64,000 nucleotides of DNA from Nitrospirota bacterium. GTDB lineage: Bacteria > Nitrospirota > JACRHJ01. Of this stretch, positions 41,167 to 50,830 are shown piece after piece. The notes beneath the pieces were generated by a model. The model worked only from the letters and a program-made list of their open reading frames with translations. It did not search any database and was not told the origin of the DNA. The stretch covers positions 153,877 to 217,876 of the forward strand of contig CAWJRJ010000018.1 of the NCBI GenBank assembly GCA_963845245.1, written 5' to 3'. Every line of letters starts with the position of its first letter. Position 1 is the first letter of the stretch. The translations under genes were made by a program, and so were the position numbers.

Positions 41167-42525
41167 CTAGCTTTCGTCCTGAACCTTCAGTTTCCTCCAG
41201 AGTGAAACCCTGTCTATACCGAGTATCTCGGAGGCGAGGGTCTTGTTCCCGCCCACTTCCTTCAACACCCAGTTGATGTAGCTCATCTCCTGTTCCTGTA
41301 GCGTGGGAATCCTGCCCTCTTTGCGCCTGAACGTCTTGATGCTCAGTTCCCGCAGGTCTTCCGGAAGGTGGGCCGCCTGTATTATATTCTCGTTGGTCAG
41401 GGCGACCCCGCGTTCGATTATATTCTCAAGCTCCCTGACGTTCCCCGGGAAGTCGTAGTTCATAAGGGTTTCAAGCACCTCGGATGAAACTTCAGTCACA
41501 GGCTTTTTCATAAGCGTCGAGTATTTCTTTAGGAAGTAAAAGCTGAGCAGCGGGATGTCGTCCTTCCTGGACGACAAGGGCGGTATTTTTATTGATACCA
41601 CGTTCAGCCTGAAGTAGAGGTCCTGCCTGAACCTGCCCTCGTTCACCGAGTCGCGGATGTCGCGGTTGGTTGCAGCGACTACGCGCACGTCTACCTTTAT
41701 AGGTTCGGTAGCCCCGACCCGCAGCACTTCTCTCTCCTGAATGACCCTCAGGAGCTTGACCTGCATACCGGGTTCCATCTCGGTTATCTCGTCCAGGAAC
41801 AGCGTGCCGCCGGACGCCATCTCCAGGAGGCCCTTCTTCATGTTCATTGCGCCGGTGAAGGCTCCTTTTTCATGGCCGAATAGTTCGTTGGTAAGAAGCT
41901 CTTCACTGAAAGCGCCGCAGTTGATGGCGAAGAACGGCCCTTCCGCCCTTCGGCTCATGAAATGCAGATACCTCGCAAAAAGTTCCTTCCCGGTGCCTGA
42001 CTCGCCGGATATTATGACGTTGCAGTCCGTGGGCCCTATCTGGCGCGTCGTCTCAAGGAGCCGCTGCATCTCGGGGTTCTGTGTTATTATCTTTACCTTG
42101 CCCTCGAACCGCGCAATATGCTCCCTGAGCTGCGTGTTCTCCTTTTTCAGACGCACCTTCTCCAGGGCTTCCTTAACGACCTTCCTTACCTCGTCCAGCT
42201 TGAACGGTTTTGCTATGTAATAGTATGCGCCCTTCTTCATCGTCTCAACTGAAGACGGTATCGTGGCGTATGCGGTTATCATTATGACCTCGGTGTCTGG
42301 GTAGAGGGACTTGGACCTGCCTAGCACCTCCAGGCCGTCCACCTTTTCCATCTTGAGGTCCGTCAATACCACGTCGAACTCCTGCGCGTCCAGCAGCTTG
42401 AGCGCGTTCGGCCCGCTGGTAGTGCTCGTTACCTCGTAGCCCTCTTTCTTCATCACGTGCTCAAGGTTCTTGAGGGCTACCTTCTCGTCCTCGACTATCA
42501 GAATTCTTCCTGTCTGGAACATCAA
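41167..42525 (-). CDS. Sigma54-dependent response regulator (NtrC/AtoC/ZraR family)
   Basis: Receiver domain, GESGTGKE, ELFGHEKGAFTGA, FRQDLYFRL and Fis-type HTH. Confidence 0.95.
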   Translation of the reverse strand: MMFQTGRILIVEDEKVALKNLEHVMKKEGYEVTSTTSGPNALKLLDAQEFDVVLTDLKMEKVDGLEVLGRSKSLYPDTEVIMITAYATIPSSVETMKKGAYYYIAKPFKLDEVRKVVKEALEKVRLKKENTQLREHIARFEGKVKIITQNPEMQRLLETTRQIGPTDCNVIISGESGTGKELFARYLHFMSRRAEGPFFAINCGAFSEELLTNELFGHEKGAFTGAMNMKKGLLEMASGGTLFLDEITEMEPGMQVKLLRVIQEREVLRVGATEPIKVDVRVVAATNRDIRDSVNEGRFRQDLYFRLNVVSIKIPPLSSRKDDIPLLSFYFLKKYSTLMKKPVTEVSSEVLETLMNYDFPGNVRELENIIERGVALTNENIIQAAHLPEDLRELSIKTFRRKEGRIPTLQEQEMSYINWVLKEVGGNKTLASEILGIDRVSLWRKLKVQDES

Positions 42526-43932
42526 CTAGATCTCCTTTGCGGGCAATGTTATTATGAAACTAGTACCGCTTCCGGGCTTGCTGTCCACGTCTATATCGCC
42601 GCCGTGTTCTTTTATGATGCTGTGCACTATAAACAGCCCGAGGCCGTAGCCTTTTTTTGATTCCTTGGTGGTGTAGAACGGGTCGAATATCTTGTCTATA
42701 TATTCGGGGGATATGCCGGTGCCTGTATCGGTGATGTCCACTTCCACGTTGCCGTCCGGCAGTCTCCTCGCTTCGATAGATATCTTGCCTTCTCCGTTCA
42801 TTGCGTCTATCCCGTTTTTTATCAGGTTCAGGAATACCTGCTGGAGGCGCGGCCCGTCGGCGAATACATTGATGCCTTCAGGTATAGACAAACGTATCTC
42901 TACTTTTGCGGGAGCCTCGCCCCGTATAAACCTGATGGAATCTTCAACCAGCTTCTTGAGCGAGACATCTTCCTTTTTTCCCGCCCTTGAGTAGTCGAGC
43001 AGGGAACGCACTATCTCCTTGGCCCTGTCCGTCTCTTCCTCTATCTGAGTCAGAAGCTCCTTTTTATATTCCAGGCCGTCTTCCTCTATTTCTTCTTTTA
43101 GTATCTGGCAGGAGGTAGAAATGTTTGAAAGCGGGTTGTTCAGTTCATGCGCTACACCGAAAAGCAGCGTCCCGAACGACGCGAGTTTTTCCGACTGCAC
43201 GAGGTGGTTCTGGCGCCACTCTATCTCAAGGAGCATGCGGTTGAAAGCGCTGTTCAGAGAAAGGATCTCCCTGTCCCTCGATTCAACCGGCATCGGCGAT
43301 AGTTCACCGCTTGCGACCTTCCTCATATGCCTTTCCATCCGTCCCAGGGGCCTGACGAACATCCTGTACAGGATTGCGCCGCCCGCAAACCAGGCTACGG
43401 CTATCAGGAAAACGGCTATCACGAACGAACCCCTGGAACTATCGAGAGTTGAGCGCATGATTGCGCGTTCGTTTCTCGACATCCCTTCGGCGGCGGTCAC
43501 TATGTCCTTGCCCTTTTCCCTAAGCAGGTCTTCGCGTTTGCGGTCCAGAAGCTGTCCGTCGTTTTTGGGAAGTTGCTCAAGCAGGCTCCTGTACGAGATT
43601 ATGTCGCTTTTAAGCCTGGCTATGGTTTCGCTGTCCGCATAGGGCGCAAGGTCTTTGTCACCGTTTTTCTGGAGCATCTCATCCGCGTCATTGACAAAGG
43701 ACATCAGCGAATCGTAGTCGACCATCTTCCCGTACAGGAAGTAGTTCTTCTCGAAGCGCCTTATCTCAAGGGTGGTTTCGAAGAAGCTCGACGCCCTCTC
43801 GCCGGACTTGATCATCTCTTCAAGCCTGTTGAAGTAATGCCAGTTGATGACCGCCACGGCCAGCATCAAAGCGAGCCCTAATATGTAGACCAGGCCGACC
43901 TTTTTACGCAGGCTGTTAGGTAAGAAACTCAT
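42526..43932 (-). CDS. Membrane sensor histidine kinase (periplasmic helical domain, HAMP, HisKA, HATPase)
   Basis: Two TM segments, VAHELNNPL, NLIKNG, DTGTGI and GYGLGL. Confidence 0.93.
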   Translation of the reverse strand: MSFLPNSLRKKVGLVYILGLALMLAVAVINWHYFNRLEEMIKSGERASSFFETTLEIRRFEKNYFLYGKMVDYDSLMSFVNDADEMLQKNGDKDLAPYADSETIARLKSDIISYRSLLEQLPKNDGQLLDRKREDLLREKGKDIVTAAEGMSRNERAIMRSTLDSSRGSFVIAVFLIAVAWFAGGAILYRMFVRPLGRMERHMRKVASGELSPMPVESRDREILSLNSAFNRMLLEIEWRQNHLVQSEKLASFGTLLFGVAHELNNPLSNISTSCQILKEEIEEDGLEYKKELLTQIEEETDRAKEIVRSLLDYSRAGKKEDVSLKKLVEDSIRFIRGEAPAKVEIRLSIPEGINVFADGPRLQQVFLNLIKNGIDAMNGEGKISIEARRLPDGNVEVDITDTGTGISPEYIDKIFDPFYTTKESKKGYGLGLFIVHSIIKEHGGDIDVDSKPGSGTSFIITLPAKEI

Positions 43933-43985
43933 CGGTGCGCCTTTCGGATGCCGTCAGTAAATTGAAACAATAATAATACCATTCA

Positions 43986-44111
43986 TTGCATAATGCAATA
44001 CATAACTACCCCAATGCAACGACTTTCTAACCTTTTGTTATCACTATGGTTGCTGGAGCTATTGGCAGGCATGCGTTGCATAATGCAATAATATCGTTAA
44101 ATGGTGCAACG
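43986..44111. promoter_or_regulatory. Duplicated enhancer-like sites (UAS)
   Basis: TTGCATAATGCAATA at 43986 and 44076, each followed by TGCAACG at 44015 and 44105 (90-bp period). Confidence 0.65.
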
Positions 44112-44144
44112 GTATAAAATTATATAAAACAGTATGTTAGCGTT

Positions 44145-44160
44145 TGGCACGTTTATTGAT
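44145..44160 (+). promoter_or_regulatory. Sigma54 -24/-12 promoter
   Basis: TGGCACGTTTATTGAT (GG-N10-GA variant), downstream of the UAS and divergent from the sigma54 activator gene pair. Confidence 0.65.
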
Positions 44161-44220
44161 ATATAGATTGGCATACAAAGAGCGTTCAAATAAGAACGTA
44201 ATAAAAAACGGAGGTGAGAT

Positions 44221-44391
44221 ATGAAACTGATGGAAAGGCTCGAAAACATCTTTGCGGCGACGGCATTCGCAGAAGAGGGCGAATTCGATACCGCAAGGGC
44301 GATGGTAAAGGGTGACGGCATGGATGTGAAGCACGGCGCCGTCTGCACAGGAAACGACTGCCTTACACAGCCGCCTTTCAAGGTAGCTTAA
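44221..44391 (+). CDS. 56-aa microprotein with AATAFAEEGEFDTAR motif (missed by ORF track)
   Basis: GGAGGTGA RBS; MKLMERLENIFAATAFAEEGEFDTARAMVKG...CTGNDC...KVA. Confidence 0.75.
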   Translation: MKLMERLENIFAATAFAEEGEFDTARAMVKGDGMDVKHGAVCTGNDCLTQPPFKVA

Positions 44392-44403
44392 CCGGGGGGC
44401 CCT

Positions 44404-44868
44404 ATGGGACTCAAGAAAAACCTTGAAAACTTGTTTGCCGCCACAGCCTTTGCGGAAAGAGGGGAGTTCGATACCGCAAGAAGTATTGGGGGCAGGCGCT
44501 CCGTCTTGCTGGTTTTGACCGGTACCGCGAACGACAGGGCTTCCGTCAAGTATGCGCTCAGCATGTCGAAGAGGGTCGACGCATCCGTTGAGGTCCTTTA
44601 CGTGTCGAGGAGGGTCGAGGAAGGCGGCATACTGGTTTATCTGGAAGGCGAAGCGGAGAAGGCGGGCGTCCTGTTAAAGGTAGTGAAGAGCACAGGATGC
44701 CTTAAGAAGGCCGTGATCGCCCATACGGAGAAGCGAAGGGACATCAATCTGGTAGTTGTGGAATCGTCCGAGGAACTGGACGAGGAATGTACTGAAAGGG
44801 AGCTTTTAAGGGCCTGGAAGATAACGGACTGCCCGCTTGTGGTGGTCTCCCAGCCCCTGAGGGCATAA
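44404..44868 (+). CDS. AATAFAERGEFDTAR-motif protein with degenerate USP-like domain
   Basis: Same N-terminal motif as the upstream microprotein; SVLLVL...YALSMSKRVDASVEVLYV...CPLVVV resembles the USP fold. Confidence 0.7.
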   Translation: MGLKKNLENLFAATAFAERGEFDTARSIGGRRSVLLVLTGTANDRASVKYALSMSKRVDASVEVLYVSRRVEEGGILVYLEGEAEKAGVLLKVVKSTGCLKKAVIAHTEKRRDINLVVVESSEELDEECTERELLRAWKITDCPLVVVSQPLRA

Positions 44869-44899
44869 TCACGTTACTTTATAATTTGTCAGGAGGTTA

Positions 44900-45154
44900 A
44901 TGATGGGCAGTTCACATGGCCACAAAAAGCCATACATGAAGGCGCTTTTCTTCGGCCTTATATCGGTTGGGCTTTATGCGGCCCTTCTTTTGAACCAGGA
45001 CATGCTTAACAGCACATTCGGCAAGGGCGGTGTCTACGCTTTCCTTCCGATTATAGCGGCCTTCGTCTTTTCATTCGTACACGGGACTTTTACAGGCGAC
45101 TTCTGGACGCTCATGGGTGTTGAAGCCTCAAAGAAGATAAAAGGAGGAAAATAA
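44900..45154 (+). CDS. Small two-TM membrane protein (DVU0150-like partner of TauE-family exporters)
   Basis: KKPY...GGVYAFLPIIAAFVFSFVHGTFTGDFW. Confidence 0.6.
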   Translation: MMGSSHGHKKPYMKALFFGLISVGLYAALLLNQDMLNSTFGKGGVYAFLPIIAAFVFSFVHGTFTGDFWTLMGVEASKKIKGGK

Positions 45155-45155
45155 G

Positions 45156-46241
45156 ATGCACGATGCGGTAGCTCAGGTGTCCAATTTCATTGATCTAAAT
45201 TCCATGACTATAGGGTACCTCTTCATCGTCGGCTTCGTCGGCGGGCTTGTCAGCGGGTTCATAGGCTCGGGCGGCGCTTTCGTAATGACCCCGGCGATGA
45301 TGAGTATGGGTGTTCCCGGCCTCGTGGCGGTCGCCAGCAACATGTGCCACAAGTTCCCCAAGGCGCTCATAGGCTCGATCAAACGCGCCAAATACGGCCA
45401 GGTGGACGTCAAGCTCGGCGTCATACTCGGCATATCAGCCGAGGCGGGTGTGATCTACGGCGCCAACGTCCAGGAAAAGATCAAGGCATCCTATGGCGAA
45501 GCCGGCTCCAACCTCTATGTCAGCGCCGCGTTCGTCGTAATACTTGCGGTTGTGGGTGGCTGGATAATGTATGACGCGTGGAAGACATACAAGGGCGGTA
45601 ACAGCAATGAGGAAGAGAAGACAAGCAAGCTCGCCCTCTGGGTGCAGTCCATAAATATACCGGGGACGATGGTCTTCTTCAAGAGCATGAACGCCCGTAT
45701 ATCGGTCCTGTTCACGATACCGCTCGGTTTCGCAACAGGCCTGCTCGCCGCCACGATAGCCGTCGGCGGGTTCATCGGCGTCCCCTCGATGATATACGTC
45801 ATGGGTGTCCCCAGCATGATGGCTTCAGCGACGGAGCTTGTCATCGCGTTCGTCATGGGCCTCGGCGGCTCGTTCAAGTACGCGATGCACGGCCTGGTAG
45901 ACATACGCCTCGCCATGATAATACTTTGCGGTTCCCTGTTCGGCATCCAGCTTGGCGCGATAGGCACCACCTATGTTAAGCCGTTCATGATTAAAGTAGT
46001 CATGGCTGCCATCATGATGATCGTCCTTGTCAGCAGGGCGCTTGTGATTCCTGTATATATGTCCCAGTTAGGCCTTATGGAGAAGATCGCGGACCCGACG
46101 GTAAAGATGCTCAAGAACGTCAGCTTTGGCGTGATGGTGCTTGCCCTTATGGTTGGCGCGGGCATAGTGCTCCATGCGATGTGGCAGGGAAAAAGGGCCG
46201 AGAAGCTGGCGCTCGCAAAAGAGGGTTTACAAATTGTCTAG
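45156..46241 (+). CDS. TauE/SafE-family sulfite exporter-like membrane protein
   Basis: GFVGGLVSGFIGSGGAFVMTP and AATIAVGGFIGVPSMIY; multiple TM segments. Confidence 0.85.
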   Translation: MHDAVAQVSNFIDLNSMTIGYLFIVGFVGGLVSGFIGSGGAFVMTPAMMSMGVPGLVAVASNMCHKFPKALIGSIKRAKYGQVDVKLGVILGISAEAGVIYGANVQEKIKASYGEAGSNLYVSAAFVVILAVVGGWIMYDAWKTYKGGNSNEEEKTSKLALWVQSINIPGTMVFFKSMNARISVLFTIPLGFATGLLAATIAVGGFIGVPSMIYVMGVPSMMASATELVIAFVMGLGGSFKYAMHGLVDIRLAMIILCGSLFGIQLGAIGTTYVKPFMIKVVMAAIMMIVLVSRALVIPVYMSQLGLMEKIADPTVKMLKNVSFGVMVLALMVGAGIVLHAMWQGKRAEKLALAKEGLQIV

Positions 46242-47089
46242 GTACAAGAAGATACTCGTGGCCTTCGACGGCTCCGATTCCAGCAAGAACGCGCTCAGGC
46301 AGGCCATAAAGCTTGCCGGTACGGAGAAGAGCTGGATAAAGGTGGTCTCGGTCGTACCGGACTATCAGGGCGACCTCGAACTCATAGGAGTCAGCAATAT
46401 CGAGTCCGCCATCAAGGGGCCCGGCCGAAAAACTGCTCGAAGAGGCAAAGAAGATAGCCGCCGAGTATAATGTGGCTATACTCACAAACGTCGAGCAGGG
46501 CGAGGCCTACGAGAAGATAGTCGATGTGGCCGAGTCCGAGAACTGCGACCTCATAGTGATGGGCCGCAAGGGCCACCACAGGCTTGAGAGGGCCCTTCTC
46601 GGTTGCGTGACGGCGAGGGTGATAGGCCATACCCACAAGGATGTGCTCGTGGTCCCGAAGGACGCGTCCATTGAATTCGGCAGGATACTGCTTGCTACCG
46701 AAGGCTCAGGTTGCAGCAACCAGGCGACCGAACGCGCTATCGACTACGCAAAGTCCTATGGCGCGGAGCTTGAGGCCGTTGCCGTGGTGGATGTGACGGA
46801 CGAGTTCCACACCTATGCCCCGGCAGCCGTGGAGAAGTTCATCCAGAAGTTCAAGGAAGTCCTCGAAGCCTTGAAGGCGAAGGCCGAGGCTGTCGGCGTC
46901 AAGGTCAAGACCTTCATAAAGGAAGGCGAGGCCTATGAGGTGATAAGGGACCTTGCGGAAGACGAGAAGGCCGACCTTATAGTCCTTGGCTCGCACGGCA
47001 GGAAAGGCCTGAGCAAGGTACTCATGGGGAGCGTGACCGAGAAGGTCATCGGACTGACGTCTTGTCCGATACTCGTGGTCAGGTCCTGA
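46234..47089 (+). CDS. Tandem-domain universal stress protein (frameshift near 46425)
   Basis: KILVAFDGS, DLIVMGRKG...LLGCVT and DLIVLGSHGRKGLSKVLMGSVTEKV. Confidence 0.88.
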
Positions 47090-47103
47090 ATTTTGCGATA
47101 CTG

Positions 47104-47132
47104 AAAAAGCCGGGCTTTTGCCCGGCTTTTTT
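47104..47132. terminator. Bidirectional terminator
   Basis: AAAAAGCCGGGC-TTTT-GCCCGGCTTTTTT. Confidence 0.8.
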
Positions 47133-48996
47133 ATTTTTCAGCCTCAGCTTTTTTCAGCGTATTGAATATCTCCTCGGCCGTCTTTTTCGGCAGGCCGGGC
47201 ATGGCGCACAGGGTGTCGATATCCGCCTCCCGTATCGCCCTGAAGCTTCCGAAATGTCTCAGCAGTTGCATCTTCCTTTTCTTTCCCTACGCCCGGTATG
47301 TCGTCGAGCGGGGACGCGATGCCCTTCTTGCTCCTGAGCTTCCTGTGGTACGTTATCGCGAAGCGGTGCGACTCGTCCCGCACCCGCGCTAATAGATTTA
47401 CCGCCGCCGATGTGGGCGAGAGCACCCTGGGTTCCGATGCGTCTTTTTTGTATACGCGCTCAAAGGACTTGCTCTCGCGTATGCCTGCGTATTTCATGCC
47501 CTTCTCCTGCGCCTTGGCGAGGCCTATTATGTCGATGTCTTCAATGTCCGCCCCGACATTCTTCAGGGCCTCGATGGCCGATGACAAGCTGCCCCTGGCC
47601 TCCGTCCACCATTATCAGGTCGGGCCACTCGCTGCCTTCCTCCATCACCCGCTTGTAGCGGCGCGATATGACCTCGCCCATCATCGCGAAGTCGTCCGGC
47701 TGGTCGACCGTCTTTATCCTGAAATGCCTGTACCCGTCCTTTTCCGGCTTGCAGTCATGGAAGCTCACCATCGAGGCGACCGCCTCCTGCCTCCCGGTGT
47801 TCGATATGTCGAAGGCCTCTATGCGTCTCGGCAGGCGTTTCAGGCCAAGCTCCGACTTCAGCGCCAGCAGGGTGAGGTCGCGGCCCGCGTCCGTCTTCAG
47901 GTTCTGCTCAAGGGACACCTTCGCGTTCTCAAGGGCCATCTGGACGAGCTTCACGCCCGTGCCCCTCTGCGGGACTACTAGCCGCACCTGCTTCGTGCGC
48001 ATATCACAGAAGCAGTTGCTCCAGCAGTTCCCGTTCGGGAAGGTTATGCGAGACGAACACCTCCGGCGGGATCTCCTTGTCTTCCGTGTAGAACTGGTTG
48101 ATGAAGTTCGCCAGTATATCGTCTTCCTCGGTCTCCAGTGCGTTCATCAGATAGAAGTCCTTGCGCCCGAGGAGCTTGCCCTTCCTGACGAACAGTATCT
48201 GTATGTCGGCCGCCGCGCCTTCCTTTGCCACGGCGATGATGTCCCTGTCCTCCATCCCCTGCGATATGACGTTCTGGGTCTCGGTGGCCTTCTTGAGCGC
48301 CGTTATGCGGTCGCGTATGTGCGCCGCCGCCTCGAAGTTCATGGCCTCCGCGGATGCCTTCATCTTCCTTTCGAGGTCGCGTACGAGTTCCTTGTCCTTG
48401 CCGTTCAGGAACAGCCGGACCTCTTCCACCATCTTCATGTACTCTTCCTGGTCTACCTCGCCGCCGCACGGGCCGGTGCAGCGTTTCATCTCGAATTGCA
48501 GGCACGGCCTTCCGATGCGCTCGCCGATGTCCTTCTTCCTGCATTTGCGCATGGGGAACAGCCTGTTTATGAAGTTGAGCGCCTCCCACATCGGCCCGGA
48601 CGGCACGTACGGCCCGAAGTAGAGCGCCCCGTCCTTCACGAGCCTCCTGACGACCGAGAGGTTGGGGAATTTCTCGTTTATCGAAAGCCTGAGGTAGGGG
48701 TAGTTCTTGTCGTCCCGGAGGACGACGTTGTAGCGGGGCTTGTGTTTTTTTATCAGGGTGGATTCGAGGATGAAGGCTTCCATCTCGGAGGCCGTGACCA
48801 CCGTCTCAAGGTCGGTTATCAGCTCGACCATCTGCGCCTTGCGCGGGTCCGGGTCGCCGCCCGCCTGGAAGTAGGAGCGCACCCGGTTCTTGAGCGACTT
48901 CGCCTTCCCGACGTATATCACCCGGCCCTTGGCGTTCTTCATCAGGTATACGCCGGGGCGGTCAGGCAGGTGTTGTAGTTTTTCTTCGAGGGTCAT
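47131..48996 (-). CDS. uvrC: Excinuclease ABC subunit C (frameshifts near 48005, 47580 and 47285)
   Basis: PGVYLMK, IYVGKAKSLKNRVRSY, FEAAAHIRD, RIEAFDISN, DGGQGQL, RDESHRFA and HhH motif. Confidence 0.93.
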
Positions 48997-49020
48997 GTTG
49001 ATATTGTACTACGAATATTT

Positions 49021-49150
49021 TGTCATTGCGAGGGGCTTTAGCTTGATTTGCTTGTCATCCTGAGCGAAGCCGAAGGATCCACCTTGACTTTTGTACTGTC
49101 ATTCCCGCGAAATTCCAGTCGCTTCCCACGACATCTGGCAATCCAGTCTT
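49021..49150. repeat. Cluster of GTCAT-type REP-like elements
   Basis: TGTCATTGCGAGG; TGTCATCCTGAGCGAAGCCGAAGGATCCACCTTGACTTT (near copy of 30757-30797); TGTCATTCCCGCG. Confidence 0.7.
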
Positions 49151-49214
49151 TCTTATGATCGCGCCAAGTTGATTATACCGACAATTTTATCCAAGTTGCG
49201 GTGCATCTCTGTTT

Positions 49215-50013
49215 TAGTTCATGCGATGCAAAGTTGCGCCTAGGCCACCTTCATTCAAGAGCGGCACATTACAAAAGCCCTATCATATGGCGGATGGCTC
49301 AATTTTGTATGGTCCGAGTGCTCTATGGCGGATCAGTCTATGGAACGTGAGCATTCCGTAATGTCTTCGATTGTTTCTGAACCAAATATTCTCACGCACG
49401 CATTGTCTAAATCTTTGCGACTCTCAGACAGCATCGAGGTATACCGATTCAACCATCGAACATTTCTCAAATCATGTTTGTGAGCTGCCACTGTTTGTTT
49501 ATCCAAGTCCTTATCTGGCGATAGCGTAACGTTCCTTCTAAACTTGCTCTATCACTACTTGTTCAGTCCAGTAATTGTTGAAATGGCACGGTGCCATAAT
49601 GTTCTCCAGAAGTGACTGTATAAGAAAATTGCACATCCTCACTTTGAACCAGTAGATGCCAAAGCAAAACACAATGAGCTCTTTAAAAGAATTGTATTAT
49701 CTTTTTTACATGTTTTGTAAAGACTGTTTACAGCTTTTTCACCTCGGATTAATGCGAGACCATGCACTGCGATATATCTCTTTTTTTTGTCCTTTGATTT
49801 CATTAATGCATCTTCAAGGGTAGATATCTGAATCTCCAAATCAAAAGACAGAAAGACCAACTCAGATTGTTCCAGTGGGTGTATTTCAATTTTCTCTTAG
49901 CAAAAAGTGAACGAAGTCTGGCTAAATCATCTGTTTGTGCAAATACTTCTTTGACAGGTAGAATTAAGACGACAATTCCTATGAAACAAGGACAATTCTC
50001 TTTTTAATCTCAT
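49215..50013 (-). other. AT-rich, fragmented ORF, possibly a secreted HEAT-repeat-like protein; 3' end uncertain
   Basis: Signal-peptide-like start at 50013 across frames; RYIAVHGLALIRGEKAVNSL and LCFALASTGSK are HEAT-like. Confidence 0.35.
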
Positions 50014-50071
50014 TGATATTATCCTTTTGTAACTGTTAATCAATTCATAAATACTGGATGCGTGGGGCTGC

Positions 50072-50807
50072 TTAGTACTCCACCTTCACCAGATACAACC
50101 CCTGCGGCGGGGCGGTAGGCCCTGCCTTGGTTCGGTCTCTTGCCTCAAGTATCGTCTTCATGTCTTCCGGCTTGAACCTGCCGCGACCGACCTCCACGAG
50201 CGTCCCCGCGATGTTCCGCACCATGTGCCGCAGGAACCCGCCTGCCTTCAGGGACAGCCGTATCCTGTCGCCATCCTTGATTACTTCGAGCGAGCGGAGT
50301 TCCCTGACGGGGGTGTTGGAGTCGCAGTCGGTCGCGCGAAGGGATGTGAAATCGTGCTCGCCGACCAGCTCGCGCGCCGCGGCCTCCATCGCCTCAAAGT
50401 CCAGTTGCATCCCGACGTGCCACGCATAGTTCCGGTGGATAGGCGAGGGGACAGCCCTGTTGATGATGATGTAGTCGTACTGCTTGCCCTTTGCATCGAA
50501 GCGCGCGCTGAAATCCGGGCCGACCTCTTCGACATCCTGCACCCGCATCTGCCTGGGGAGGTAGTGGTTGAGCGCGCCGAGCCATGCCCTCGCGTCGAGG
50601 TTTGATTCCGTCTTGAAGTTGACCGCCTGCCCGTAGGCATGCACGCCCGCGTCAGTCCTGCCCGAGGCGGTGACTCGCAATTCCTCGCCGGTCGTGGCCT
50701 TGATGGCGTCCTCAAGCGTGCCCTGGAGCGTACGCTGACGCGGCTGAAATTGCCAGCCTGAGAACTCCGGTGCCGTCGTATTCCAGTATGATCTTGATGT
50801 TCTTCAA
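50072..50807 (-). CDS. truA: tRNA pseudouridine(38-40) synthase (5' frameshift)
   Basis: LEYDGT, GWQ, SGRTDAGVHA, GFLRHMVR and TAPPQGLYL. Confidence 0.93.
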
Positions 50808-50830
50808 ATGATTACCAACGGGTACTGCGT

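Noticed and set aside
47668..48978. Long antisense ORFs (436 aa opposite uvrC; likewise 31806-32843 and 29189-29983)
   Set aside because: Shadow frames of GC3-rich genes with no recognisable motifs
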